A program made the position numbers and the translations under genes. DNA of 64,000 nucleotides. Origin: a phage. The notes under the pieces were generated by a model that ran no database searches, was not told where the DNA came from, and saw only the letters and a program-made list of their open reading frames with translations. Within the stretch, counting starts at the first letter, position 1, and each line of letters begins with the position of its first letter. The DNA lies in sequence record PZ402305.1; one strand, 5' to 3'. This document shows positions 48,105-55,907 of the stretch, one piece after another.

Positions 48105-48362
48105 AGAGAATGACGCGCAGGGGCGGTGTTTGTCTCGCGTTCCCGTGTCCCCTCGCCATGTAATAAGAATAACAGATCCAGCCAGGAAAGCAAGCGATTA
48201 TTTCATCTTTACATTTCTTTACAAATATATAGCGCCCAGCCTACCGGCGATCAACCTTCCAACCAGTGCCCCTGGTATGTTAGCCCCGCCTTTACGCCGT
48301 GGGGTGGCGCTTCCTCTTCTGTATGTAAAACAGTATAAGCCCGATCCCTGGGCTTGTCAAGA

Positions 48363-48629
48363 TTATTTTTTGTTTTCTTGCCAGGATAGGACACCTAACC
48401 AAAAATACATATCGCCCCGCGCCCCTGGCGGGATCTTGCTTTCCCCGCCGCCACTGCAAGCCCATAGATAACCATTTGCGAACGTATCAAAATGATCTAT
48501 CTCTTCCACCTTATGATCGCCCAGGTTGAGAACGGTTTCAACCTTTAAGCCCGTTGCGCTTGCTACCTGGTGCACCGTGCCGCCTTGCCAGCCCAATGAG
48601 TGCATAAGGTGTAATGTAGTAGTTGTCAT
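48363..48629 (-). CDS. hypothetical protein in GC-rich island
   Basis: 88 aa ORF with RBS-like aaagggcg upstream; distinct GC-rich codon usage; followed on minus strand by TTGACA-17-TATACT promoter at ~48318-48346. Confidence 0.3.
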   Translation of the reverse strand: MTTTTLHLMHSLGWQGGTVHQVASATGLKVETVLNLGDHKVEEIDHFDTFANGYLWACSGGGESKIPPGARGDMYFWLGVLSWQENKK

Positions 48630-48737
48630 GGTATCGCCCTTTCTTTGTTGTGCGCCCTGGTTGGCGCGGTAGAAAGATGATAGCCCTTTCCTTTATATAT
48701 AGCAAGCAAAAAGAAAATAAAAAGATTGAAAAAGTGG

Positions 48738-48797
48738 TTGACGTTCGCCAGGTGGCGGCATAATATTTACCACGTAGGGCGGCAATGGTGCCGCTCA
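48738..48797 (+). promoter_or_regulatory. early promoter P1 + 5' stem-loop
   Basis: TTGACG-17-TAATAT-ttac-CACGTAGGGCGGCAATGGTGCCGCTCA; stem GCGGCA/TGCCGC. Confidence 0.7.
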
Positions 48798-48815
48798 CTA
48801 TTTGGAGTTAAGATC

Positions 48816-49013
48816 ATGGCAACATTGCACATTGTGGCGAAAGCTGGACAAATCAACGTAATAGTAAACGGTTTTACTGAGTTCAGTCATCCCCAGGATG
48901 ATCATGAAACGGTTTTATCTTTCATTGATTCACTGTTAGAAATGGGAGTAATTACAGAAGATCAGCATACTGCAAAATGCAAGCGCGTTAAGCAGATTGC
49001 AGGAATAGAATAA
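48816..49013 (+). CDS. early small protein (65 aa)
   Basis: ORF track start 48726 lies upstream of promoter P1; ATG at 48816 follows RBS ggag. Confidence 0.55.
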   Translation: MATLHIVAKAGQINVIVNGFTEFSHPQDDHETVLSFIDSLLEMGVITEDQHTAKCKRVKQIAGIE

Positions 49014-49018
49014 AAGTC

Positions 49019-49076
49019 TTGACAACAAGCCACAACCTGATAAGATGTATCACATAGGGGCGACAAGCGCCCCGCC
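49019..49076 (+). promoter_or_regulatory. early promoter P2 + 5' stem-loop
   Basis: TTGACA-16-TAAGAT-gtat-CACATAGGGGCGACAAGCGCCCCGCC. Confidence 0.7.
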
Positions 49077-49097
49077 TAACAGAAGAGAGAAATCATC

Positions 49098-49370
49098 ATG
49101 GCATCATATAGCGCAACAATGATCGTAACTGGCACCACTGGTAAACCGATGAGCGGTGGCGGATCTTTCGCTAATATCAATATTGACGGGCGTTTATCCC
49201 TGGACGCAGCGATTGCCATTGCACGGGAAACATTTAAGAAAGAATGTAATTTCAACAAGCAAGATTATCTCGGTTTCGCTATTGAAAAAACCGCGCGCTT
49301 TGTTGATTATAAAAGCCCGAAAATGGTTGATACTACACTAAAAGCGCAAGATGTAGCGTTTTTGCTTTAA
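49098..49370 (+). CDS. early small protein (90 aa)
   Basis: RBS agaagagag; follows P2. Confidence 0.6.
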   Translation: MASYSATMIVTGTTGKPMSGGGSFANINIDGRLSLDAAIAIARETFKKECNFNKQDYLGFAIEKTARFVDYKSPKMVDTTLKAQDVAFLL

Positions 49371-49373
49371 GGC

Positions 49374-49429
49374 TTGACATTAACGAATAATTTGTTAATA
49401 TGTTACATAAAGCGGGAATAGTTCCCGCT
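49374..49429 (+). promoter_or_regulatory. early promoter P3 + 5' stem-loop
   Basis: TTGACA-17-TAATAT-gtt-ACATAAAGCGGGAATAGTTCCCGCT. Confidence 0.7.
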
Positions 49430-49446
49430 ATTTGTAAGGTGGTAGA

Positions 49447-49704
49447 ATGTTTTACATCAAATTAAAAGGTCACGTGATCGCGTTCAAAGATAACGCTTTT
49501 TACAGATTAGCAAAATATGCGTTAATACATCCCCACTATGTTTATATAAGGGGGCGTGACGAAATAAATATTTTTGATCAAACAACATGCGAAAACATCG
49601 AGATCCGCAAGGTTGGCGTACGTGATTATCGTACATCTTTCTACCCTTGCAAGGATTCAGCAAGTCTTTTTAAGGTATGTCAATTGTTGAAAAAAGGTGG
49701 TTAA
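49447..49704 (+). CDS. early small protein (85 aa)
   Basis: RBS aaggtgg; follows P3. Confidence 0.6.
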   Translation: MFYIKLKGHVIAFKDNAFYRLAKYALIHPHYVYIRGRDEINIFDQTTCENIEIRKVGVRDYRTSFYPCKDSASLFKVCQLLKKGG

Positions 49705-49705
49705 T

Positions 49706-50263
49706 ATGGGCCGCGAATATGTGATCCAGTCTTGGGTAAAACATGAAGCAGATGATCCGCGCATCATTCCCGATCATCTTATCGATGAATCCACGGGATA
49801 TAGCGGTGAGCAAATAGGTAGCAGATTAGCACGTAGTAACGGCAACGTAAAAGCGCGTTATGTGCGCCCTGGCTGGCTGGCAAATGGTAACGCTGATTTA
49901 TCCAGTGCGGAAGATGCGAGCGACGGCGCGAAAGATAATCCTTTGTACAAAGTTGATCCGGCTTTTCGTGTCCTGGATGAATACCCCAGCAAGATAGCGG
50001 CGCTCGATCAGGCCCTGGAAAGTAAGCGCATCACCTGGACCGCTTACAACATGGCAAAAAACGTACTTGATGGTAAATTGATTCAAGCTGAAAGAAAATT
50101 AGCCAAAATTGCAGCCATAGCCCAGGAGGAAGACGAGGAGACAACGGAAGAGGAAGAGTACGAAGAGATCCCGCCGTTGTTGTGCGTTGATGCTTTTCCT
50201 GATTATCAGCCGACAGAGGAAGAAAAAAGGATCGCACTAGAAAACTTTGAAAATAGTCTTTGA
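49706..50263 (+). CDS. early acidic protein (185 aa)
   Basis: ATG at 49706 after RBS aaaaggtgg (ORF track GTG 49697); C-terminal third strongly acidic (EEDEETTEEEEYEE). Confidence 0.55.
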   Translation: MGREYVIQSWVKHEADDPRIIPDHLIDESTGYSGEQIGSRLARSNGNVKARYVRPGWLANGNADLSSAEDASDGAKDNPLYKVDPAFRVLDEYPSKIAALDQALESKRITWTAYNMAKNVLDGKLIQAERKLAKIAAIAQEEDEETTEEEEYEEIPPLLCVDAFPDYQPTEEEKRIALENFENSL

Positions 50264-50319
50264 CATATCGCCGCCACTGGCATAATATTTACCACGTAGG
50301 GCGGCAATGGTGCCGCTCA
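50259..50319 (+). promoter_or_regulatory. early promoter P4 + 5' stem-loop
   Basis: TTGACA overlapping preceding stop; CATAAT -10; stem-loop identical to P1. Confidence 0.7.
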
Positions 50320-50345
50320 TAGTGAAATTATGCAAGAGGCTTACA

Positions 50346-50441
50346 ATGATTAATAAAGAAAATAGCTTGACGGTTGGAACGATTAACGCTATCATTTTCG
50401 CCGTTCCATTTTGGGTTGTATTAGCGGCTATTATTTTCTAA
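50346..50441 (+). CDS. early hydrophobic micro-protein (31 aa)
   Basis: Not in ORF track (<60 aa); ATG after agagg; MINKENSLTVGTINAIIFAVPFWVVLAAIIF is a single TM helix; sits between P4 and P5. Confidence 0.35.
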   Translation: MINKENSLTVGTINAIIFAVPFWVVLAAIIF

Positions 50442-50451
50442 AAAAATATTC

Positions 50452-50512
50452 TTGACAACGTTTTTTAATCTGATAAGATGTATCACATAGGGCGGCGGAA
50501 TACTTCCCCGCC
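50452..50512 (+). promoter_or_regulatory. early promoter P5 + 5' stem-loop
   Basis: TTGACA-16-TAAGAT-gtat-CACATAGGGCGGCGGAATACTTCCCCGCC. Confidence 0.7.
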
Positions 50513-50533
50513 AAAACAAAAAAGGGTAACACA

Positions 50534-50896
50534 ATGAGCAAGCAAATCAATACTATCATGTTTAATCTGGTATCTTTCCGCGATGATATGAAAAATTTAC
50601 CACGTGAAACGGTTGATATTCATGTTTCAGCTTATCGCGCCCTTATTGATATGTTACCGCTAAAACGTGATCAACATGCCGCTAATATGATGCTTAATGC
50701 TATGCTTAAAAAGATGATTCAAACGGATCTTACTCTGGCGTATGAGTATCAAGGGCGCTTATATGCTACTTACAACAAAGCGGTACCTGGTCTGGGAAGT
50801 ACCGAAGAGTTGCACGGCTTAAACCTGGATCAAAACACTTGGGATAGTATGCGCCGCGTTATGGTATGGGCCGAAAGCGGTAAAATTTACGAATAA
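50534..50896 (+). CDS. early small protein (120 aa)
   Basis: RBS aaaggg; follows P5. Confidence 0.6.
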   Translation: MSKQINTIMFNLVSFRDDMKNLPRETVDIHVSAYRALIDMLPLKRDQHAANMMLNAMLKKMIQTDLTLAYEYQGRLYATYNKAVPGLGSTEELHGLNLDQNTWDSMRRVMVWAESGKIYE

Positions 50897-50902
50897 AAAC
50901 GG

Positions 50903-50959
50903 TTGACACTGTTTAAAATTCTGGTATAGTTTATCACGTAGGGCGGCAATGGTGCCGCC
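50903..50959 (+). promoter_or_regulatory. early promoter P6 + 5' stem-loop
   Basis: TTGACA-17-TATAGT-ttat-CACGTAGGGCGGCAATGGTGCCGCC. Confidence 0.7.
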
Positions 50960-50979
50960 AATAATAAAAGGTTAACATC

Positions 50980-51159
50980 ATGGCTATCATTGCAAAAACT
51001 GAGATTATAGGTTTAGATTCGATCCTCCTGGCTTATGAGGAAACTTTAAAAATGTATGTAGTGACCTATGGTGATTATGTGCGTGAATACGAATACATTG
51101 ATCTTGCTTTCGAATGTTACATTCGCCAGGTCAATAAAGCCTATAACGATTATCGTTAA
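50980..51159 (+). CDS. early small protein (59 aa)
   Basis: Not in ORF track; RBS aaaagg; ATG at 50980 follows P6. Confidence 0.45.
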   Translation: MAIIAKTEIIGLDSILLAYEETLKMYVVTYGDYVREYEYIDLAFECYIRQVNKAYNDYR

Positions 51160-51178
51160 AAGTTTTAGTCTTATACTA

Positions 51179-51230
51179 TTGACAATGAGTGATAGTATAA
51201 GCATAATAACTTTTATCGGGAATACTTCCC
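51179..51230 (+). promoter_or_regulatory. early promoter P7 + 5' stem-loop
   Basis: TTGACA-...-CATAAT-...-CGGGAATACTTCCC. Confidence 0.6.
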
Positions 51231-51256
51231 ACTAACCAAAAAGAGAGAGTGACACC

Positions 51257-51622
51257 ATGGCTATTAATATCAATGTTTCCGTTTATGCTACCCTGGCTGA
51301 CACGGCTAAAATTGAATTATCCAGCATTGAGGCGGTGCATATTAGCGCCCGTCGCTGGTTTCAACAGTCCTACGGTAACACATATTTTTCTTTAATAGTT
51401 GACGTTGAGATCGGCGGTAAACTGATCGAGGTGGTTAACGTTCCGTTTCAATATGGCTATGGTGATCATTTTGATACCGTCGCCCTGGAAGAATTTAGCA
51501 AGGTTATCAACCTTGAGGGCAAGGAATTTTCACGCGGCGCGTATCTTTCCCGTTTTTGCCGTGACAATGGGATCACTGTATACAGTCATGCAAGCGATGT
51601 AAAACGTAAAAAAGATTTATAA
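51257..51622 (+). CDS. early small protein (121 aa)
   Basis: RBS aagagagag; follows P7. Confidence 0.6.
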   Translation: MAININVSVYATLADTAKIELSSIEAVHISARRWFQQSYGNTYFSLIVDVEIGGKLIEVVNVPFQYGYGDHFDTVALEEFSKVINLEGKEFSRGAYLSRFCRDNGITVYSHASDVKRKKDL

Positions 51623-51627
51623 AAGTA

Positions 51628-51690
51628 TTGACAGCACGAATAAAAAGAGTAAACTGTATTACATAGAGAGCGGGAACACTTCCCGCCTCA
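51628..51690 (+). promoter_or_regulatory. early promoter P8 + 5' stem-loop
   Basis: TTGACA-16-TAAACT-gtatt-ACATAGAGAGCGGGAACACTTCCCGCCTCA. Confidence 0.7.
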
Positions 51691-51710
51691 CTGAAAAAGA
51701 GAGAAAAATC

Positions 51711-51950
51711 ATGGCTAAATCTAAAATGTACAACGGTCACAAAAACAAAACTCATTGGAATGTAAGCCTTTGGATTAATAACGATGAATCATTATATCGG
51801 TTGGCGAAAGAATTTATCGCCGCTAATACTAATCGTAATGATGCTGCGCGGGATATGATGCTTTTTCTGGAACAAACTGGACAAGATAAAACGCCAGACG
51901 GTTTCAAATATAGCACTACTGCGATCCGCGCCGCGATGGTTGGAATGTAA
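51711..51950 (+). CDS. early small protein (79 aa)
   Basis: RBS aaagagag; follows P8. Confidence 0.6.
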   Translation: MAKSKMYNGHKNKTHWNVSLWINNDESLYRLAKEFIAANTNRNDAARDMMLFLEQTGQDKTPDGFKYSTTAIRAAMVGM

Positions 51951-51959
51951 TAAAAACAG

Positions 51960-52019
51960 TTGACAACGTTTAAAATTAGTGTAAGATGTATCACATAGGG
52001 CGGGAAGTGGTTTCCCGCC
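51960..52019 (+). promoter_or_regulatory. early promoter P9 + 5' stem-loop
   Basis: TTGACA-16-TAAGAT-gtat-CACATAGGGCGGGAAGTGGTTTCCCGCC. Confidence 0.7.
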
Positions 52020-52041
52020 AACAACAGAGAGATTAAAGATT

Positions 52042-52269
52042 ATGGCTATCAATATTGTTCGCGTATCCGGCACCGTTGGCACTTCCCAGGTTATTGCAGT
52101 TGTAACAAACAAAAAGATTAATGATGTATGTGAGATCTTGAATAAGTGGGCTATTGCTAATTTTGGGGAATATGCAAGCGTCGAGTACATCGAATCCTAC
52201 CAGGTGCCAACCATCAGCCTAACCGATCTCAACGTTGATCGCCTGTTATGCCTGGATGAATTAATCTGA
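52042..52269 (+). CDS. early small protein (75 aa)
   Basis: RBS agagag; follows P9. Confidence 0.6.
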   Translation: MAINIVRVSGTVGTSQVIAVVTNKKINDVCEILNKWAIANFGEYASVEYIESYQVPTISLTDLNVDRLLCLDELI

Positions 52270-52278
52270 AAAAGATTG

Positions 52279-52337
52279 TTGACACGGGAAAGAAAAAGAG
52301 TAAACTATATTACGTAGGGCGGCAATGGTGCCGCTCA
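52279..52337 (+). promoter_or_regulatory. early promoter P10 + 5' stem-loop
   Basis: TTGACA-16-TAAACT-atat-TACGTAGGGCGGCAATGGTGCCGCTCA. Confidence 0.7.
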
Positions 52338-52359
52338 CAACAGAAGAGAGATTATCACG

Positions 52360-52572
52360 ATGGCTAATATCCGCACACTGTTAAAAAATGCAAAACAAGT
52401 TTTATTTTCTGATCACAATCATTTTAATAAAGATATTACAGGCGTGAAGAATATCAAAGATGTAAAAAGTGTTATGGGTATATATTGCAATGTTAAACGT
52501 GTTGGAACGTTCGGTGACAAGGTATTGTATCAATCAGGTGATTACAATTTTACTTTGACGATTATTTCATAA
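52360..52572 (+). CDS. early small protein (70 aa)
   Basis: RBS agaagagag; follows P10. Confidence 0.6.
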   Translation: MANIRTLLKNAKQVLFSDHNHFNKDITGVKNIKDVKSVMGIYCNVKRVGTFGDKVLYQSGDYNFTLTIIS

Positions 52573-52577
52573 AACGC

Positions 52578-52638
52578 TTGCAATACTGCAAAAATAAAGT
52601 AAACTGTATTACATCAAGGCGGGGAATGGTCCACCGCC
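52578..52638 (+). promoter_or_regulatory. early promoter P11 + 5' stem-loop
   Basis: TTGCAA-...-TAAACT-gtatt-ACATCAAGGCGGGGAATGGTCCACCGCC. Confidence 0.65.
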
Positions 52639-52662
52639 TAACAAAGAGAAGAGGAAAACATC

Positions 52663-52830
52663 ATGATTACTTTTACTACCCGTGAAGCCGCTCGCAACGT
52701 TGCACGTAAAGTTAACGCCGCCAACCTGGGTGCTACGCTTAAAGCCCCTGTAAAAGATGAATCAGGCAAATGGATCTTCCCTGGTCTGCGTCATGCTGAC
52801 AAGTTAGGTACTTTAAGCCTTAAAAAATAA
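52663..52830 (+). CDS. early small basic protein (55 aa)
   Basis: Not in ORF track; RBS agaggaaaa; follows P11. Confidence 0.45.
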   Translation: MITFTTREAARNVARKVNAANLGATLKAPVKDESGKWIFPGLRHADKLGTLSLKK

Positions 52831-52833
52831 TCG

Positions 52834-52871
52834 TTGACTTTTCGTTATAGCGCCTTATAATGGGCGCTATA
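52834..52871 (+). promoter_or_regulatory. early promoter P12 with -10 embedded in palindrome
   Basis: TTGACT then TATAGCGCC-TTATAAT-GGGCGCTATA perfect inverted repeat enclosing the TATAAT hexamer. Confidence 0.55.
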
Positions 52872-52908
52872 GAGAAGAGAAACCAATCACCAGAAAGAGA
52901 GAAAGAAA

Positions 52909-53127
52909 ATGGCAATCCGTAAAATTAAAGTTGTTTGCATTGAATCAACTGGTGGCGCGTTTGTAGTTGGTCAGAAGTATAATGCGGTTTTAATGGGCGT
53001 GGATTGGAAGGTTAAAGGTCTTGACGGTTACGAATACGGCACTACTCGCGGCTTGCGTGGTCGAATCGGATACGTGAGCTTTGACAACAAAGAAAAATTT
53101 GTTTTCGATACTGTTATGAGTAAATAG
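52909..53127 (+). CDS. early small protein (72 aa)
   Basis: RBS agagagaaag; follows P12. Confidence 0.6.
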   Translation: MAIRKIKVVCIESTGGAFVVGQKYNAVLMGVDWKVKGLDGYEYGTTRGLRGRIGYVSFDNKEKFVFDTVMSK

Positions 53128-53200
53128 CACGAATTGCTAAAAACTAATCTGCGAATTGCTGTAATATCAACTAATCGAAACACATAAAGAGAAAAACATC

Positions 53201-53422
53201 ATGATCACTTTCGCTATTGTCACCGTTGTCGCTGGTCAAGTTTACGTAAATGAGACATTTACTACAGAAGACAAAGCAGCAGGAGATATAACCGCCGTTT
53301 ACAACGAGTGCAAGGCAGTAGAAAGGATGTTAGCGCCTTGTATGCTAATGAGTGAACGCCAGGACGGGATAACAGTGTTTAGCAACATTGAAACAGGGTA
53401 CCAAATGGTAGTAACAAAATAA
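53201..53422 (+). CDS. early small protein (73 aa)
   Basis: RBS aaagagaaa; upstream promoter less clear (TTGCTA / TGTAATAT), no stem-loop. Confidence 0.55.
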   Translation: MITFAIVTVVAGQVYVNETFTTEDKAAGDITAVYNECKAVERMLAPCMLMSERQDGITVFSNIETGYQMVVTK

Positions 53423-53425
53423 AAC

Positions 53426-53483
53426 TTGACACAGATTTAATTTTCAGTAAACTGTTACACATAGGGCGGGAATAGTTCCCGCT
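53426..53483 (+). promoter_or_regulatory. early promoter P13 + 5' stem-loop
   Basis: TTGACA-...-TAAACT-gtta-CACATAGGGCGGGAATAGTTCCCGCT. Confidence 0.7.
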
Positions 53484-53500
53484 AAAAAGAGAGAAAGACC

Positions 53501-53854
53501 ATGAAAGCACAAAATGCAATTAAAGAGTACATCCTTGCCGCTATCGATTTTAATGATTATGGTATTACAACCGAAAAAGAGAAGATCGCGGAATTGATGC
53601 GCCGTTTTAATTCCGAGTACTGGTACCCTGATAATCAATCACGTTTTAATTATAGTATTGTTAAAGCACTTGCATCATGGTTACAAGGTTTGCCATCAGA
53701 CATTAATATCGCTTTCGAATATTGGGAAATTGATCGTTTGTTAACATCCTGGGGATACATTAAAGAGAATAGCAGCGATGATAAAATCCAACGAGAAAGG
53801 GAAAATTATTGGCTTTATATTGCAGGCGTGATCCTTGCTTGCTCTTATGAATGA
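53501..53854 (+). CDS. early small protein (117 aa)
   Basis: RBS aagagagaaag; follows P13. Confidence 0.6.
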   Translation: MKAQNAIKEYILAAIDFNDYGITTEKEKIAELMRRFNSEYWYPDNQSRFNYSIVKALASWLQGLPSDINIAFEYWEIDRLLTSWGYIKENSSDDKIQRERENYWLYIAGVILACSYE

Positions 53855-53860
53855 TAAACC

Positions 53861-53917
53861 TTGACAATTTTACAAAACAGCTTAAATTAATAATATAGCG
53901 GCAATGGTGCCGCTCAT
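53861..53917 (+). promoter_or_regulatory. early promoter P14 + 5' stem-loop
   Basis: TTGACA-16-TTAAAT-taatat-AGCGGCAATGGTGCCGCTCA. Confidence 0.65.
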
Positions 53918-53933
53918 ATAAAGAGGAAACAAA

Positions 53934-54080
53934 ATGAATACATCTAATCGCGCAGAAAAAATTCAATCTCCCAAGATCCGCAAGGCCTGGAACGAGGAAG
54001 TGATCCGCAAAGGCGACAAGCGTAATAAAACAAAGCGCGGGAAGAGTGACAAATATAATTGGATGGATTTAGAGGATTAA
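53934..54080 (+). CDS. early small basic protein (48 aa)
   Basis: Not in ORF track; RBS aagaggaaa; Lys/Arg-rich; followed by strong terminator. Confidence 0.4.
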   Translation: MNTSNRAEKIQSPKIRKAWNEEVIRKGDKRNKTKRGKSDKYNWMDLED

Positions 54081-54086
54081 CATAAC

Positions 54087-54114
54087 AAGGGCGCACCAAG
54101 CGCCCTTTCTTTTT
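54087..54114 (+). terminator. rho-independent terminator (copy 1)
   Basis: aaGGGCGCaccaaGCGCCCtttcttttt; identical core to terminator at 59172-59200. Confidence 0.8.
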
Positions 54115-54135
54115 ACATGTAGAGGATAAACAAAA

Positions 54136-54321
54136 ATGACTTTAAACGAGCTTAAAACAGCCTACAACGCAACGTTAAAAATAGCCGTGCGTTACCGTGA
54201 CGAATACGGTTTTATTGCGCAGGGCGTGATCCTGGGCTTTTCTGACGATGGTTTGATTTATGTTGATGCACATCACAACAAGGTTAAACCGGAAAACGTT
54301 ATCAGTATAAAATATCTTTAA
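54136..54321 (+). CDS. early small protein (61 aa)
   Basis: RBS agaggataaa. Confidence 0.5.
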   Translation: MTLNELKTAYNATLKIAVRYRDEYGFIAQGVILGFSDDGLIYVDAHHNKVKPENVISIKYL

Positions 54322-54327
54322 AAGTGG

Positions 54328-54388
54328 TTGACACCATAACCGGACCTGTTAAACTGTATTACATCAGGCGGGGGAATAGTTCCCCACC
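54328..54388 (+). promoter_or_regulatory. early promoter P15 + 5' stem-loop
   Basis: TTGACA-...-TAAACT-gtatt-ACATCAGGCGGGGGAATAGTTCCCCACC. Confidence 0.65.
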
Positions 54389-54407
54389 ATACAAAAAGGT
54401 AAATATT

Positions 54408-54614
54408 ATGATCACCGCAAAACAAGAAAAAATCATTATCGACGTTGCAGCCGTTGCCGCTATTGCTATTATTGGATCTTATTATGATACCCGTTTCCCG
54501 TCGGCTATGCATGAGGTCGCCGCCGTTGCATCAGTTGGCGTACTGTTTTACGTTGGTAAACGCTATTTATCACCAATGATTAACAAGCTGACACCGTGGA
54601 AAAATAAAGGTTGA
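54408..54614 (+). CDS. early small membrane protein (68 aa)
   Basis: ORF track start 54324 is upstream of promoter; ATG at 54408 after aaaaagg; hydrophobic helix VAAVAAIAIIGSYY. Confidence 0.5.
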   Translation: MITAKQEKIIIDVAAVAAIAIIGSYYDTRFPSAMHEVAAVASVGVLFYVGKRYLSPMINKLTPWKNKG

Positions 54615-54668
54615 TCCTGTTTTATATTGTGTTATAGTTATCGTGTAGGGCGGCAATGGTGCCGCGCC
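54611..54668 (+). promoter_or_regulatory. early promoter P16 + 5' stem-loop
   Basis: TTGATC-...-TATAGT-tatc-GTGTAGGGCGGCAATGGTGCCGCGCC. Confidence 0.6.
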
Positions 54669-54685
54669 CCTTTGAGGATGCAATC

Positions 54686-54970
54686 ATGAGTAAAGCTAAC
54701 ACCGTGCTAATGTTTTCCCTGATTAATGATCCCGCTTACTTGTCCAACATGACGCAGGAGGGTAACACATTAACGGCAACATTCACCAATAAGCTTGACC
54801 GAGTGATCATCATCTCACTGAAAACAGTTAGTAAAGGCTTTTACTCGTTAGCTTATCATTGGATCACTGATACCGATGAGACAAGCCAGGACTATAGCGC
54901 CCCTTTCCCTGAATCAATGGCACGGGAGATCATCGCCGCCGTTGTAAATGATGGTTTGTTTACTGCATAA
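54686..54970 (+). CDS. early small protein (94 aa)
   Basis: ORF track start 54656 overlaps stem-loop; ATG at 54686 after gaggatg. Confidence 0.5.
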   Translation: MSKANTVLMFSLINDPAYLSNMTQEGNTLTATFTNKLDRVIIISLKTVSKGFYSLAYHWITDTDETSQDYSAPFPESMAREIIAAVVNDGLFTA

Positions 54971-54985
54971 AAATTTAGAAAAGGC

Positions 54986-55042
54986 TTGCAATAATTTTGA
55001 GATAGTGTATATTTAATTCATAGGGCGGCGGGAATAGTTCCC
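54986..55042 (+). promoter_or_regulatory. early promoter P17 + 5' stem-loop
   Basis: TTGCAA-...-TATATT-taat-TCATAGGGCGGCGGGAATAGTTCCC. Confidence 0.6.
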
Positions 55043-55065
55043 AAAGCAAACGAGAGGATTACACG

Positions 55066-55185
55066 ATGAGCAAGTACACAGTAGAATACACGGTAGAGAA
55101 TCCGGCAGTATCCGAAGGTAAAAAGATGACATTTGCCATCAGTATAATCGCTTTCGTTGTCACTATCTTATCAATCATCTTATAA
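55066..55185 (+). CDS. early hydrophobic micro-protein (39 aa)
   Basis: Not in ORF track; RBS gagagg; C-terminal TM helix FAISIIAFVVTILSIIL. Confidence 0.35.
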   Translation: MSKYTVEYTVENPAVSEGKKMTFAISIIAFVVTILSIIL

Positions 55186-55195
55186 GGTGCACACC

Positions 55196-55357
55196 ATGAA
55201 AATAACAGACATTATCAAAGAGATCGCCCTTGCCGCTGGCGTTGAAGTCGAGGAAGTGATCGCGCTCAATCTTACAGAAAACGATCTGCGCAACTATGAA
55301 GCGGAAAGCGTGAAAGCAAGCGGCGCGGTCCTGGTATATGATCCGGCTAACAAGTAA
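55196..55357 (+). CDS. early small protein (53 aa)
   Basis: ORF track start 55157; ATG at 55196 after taaggtg. Confidence 0.45.
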   Translation: MKITDIIKEIALAAGVEVEEVIALNLTENDLRNYEAESVKASGAVLVYDPANK

Positions 55358-55366
55358 GGGGATAAC

Positions 55367-55477
55367 ATGAATCCGAAAGATATGCAAGCATGGAAAGGGT
55401 ACGACGATCTAAGCGCCTTGCGCAATAAGTCAAGCCGTAACCTTAGACGGTTGGAAGCAAAGAAAAAGAAAAAATAG
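55367..55477 (+). CDS. early small basic protein (36 aa)
   Basis: Not in ORF track; RBS aagggga; ends in KKKKK. Confidence 0.3.
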   Translation: MNPKDMQAWKGYDDLSALRNKSSRNLRRLEAKKKKK

Positions 55478-55478
55478 T

Positions 55479-55537
55479 TTGACAAGTCCGCGTAGTCTGA
55501 TAATATGTATCTTGTAGGGCGGCAATGGTGCCGCTCA
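55479..55537 (+). promoter_or_regulatory. early promoter P18 + 5' stem-loop
   Basis: TTGACA-17-TAATAT-gtat-CTTGTAGGGCGGCAATGGTGCCGCTCA. Confidence 0.7.
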
Positions 55538-55555
55538 CAAGAAGAGAGAAAAATC

Positions 55556-55840
55556 ATGAAAATTACAAAAAGCCTAACTAATTATGCAGCACGTCGCGGA
55601 TTATGTTTAACCGTTGAAAACTTAGGGAAAGAAGACTTTTTGTGTTTTTGGGAGCTTGAAAATGATTGCGAGTGGATGTTTTCTTATTCTATCTGCGAAG
55701 ATCAAAACGGTTGTTTGTTAACCTGGCGCGGTAATATCTATTTACCGGAAGAAATCAAAGAGGAACTACCAGGCACGATCATGACTGAGAAACAGCTTAA
55801 GGAAGTGATCAATTTTGTAGGGCAAAACATTAAAAAATAA
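55556..55840 (+). CDS. early small protein (94 aa)
   Basis: ORF track start 55505 is inside promoter; ATG at 55556 after agaagagagaaaa. Confidence 0.55.
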   Translation: MKITKSLTNYAARRGLCLTVENLGKEDFLCFWELENDCEWMFSYSICEDQNGCLLTWRGNIYLPEEIKEELPGTIMTEKQLKEVINFVGQNIKK

Positions 55841-55841
55841 T

Positions 55842-55907
55842 TTGACAGTAGGCAAACAACGTAGTAAAGTTTATTACATAGAGCGGCGGAATGGTCCACC
55901 GCTCACA
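55842..55907 (+). promoter_or_regulatory. early promoter P19 + 5' stem-loop
   Basis: TTGACA-...-TAAAGT-ttatt-ACATAGAGCGGCGGAATGGTCCACCGCTCA. Confidence 0.65.

Noticed and set aside
47975-48798. ORFs 47975..48193(-), 48126..48338(+), 48130..48471(+), 48538..48798(-) in the GC-rich island
   Set aside because: Mutually overlapping on both strands, no RBS, translations low-complexity (Pro/Arg/Ser-rich); only the 88 aa minus ORF with an RBS was retained, at low confidence.
48726-48815. Upstream extension of the first early gene (ORF-track start 48726), and similar extensions at 54324, 54656, 55157, 55505, 55842
   Set aside because: The extension would place the promoter and stem-loop inside the coding sequence; in every case an in-frame ATG with RBS lies just after the stem-loop.
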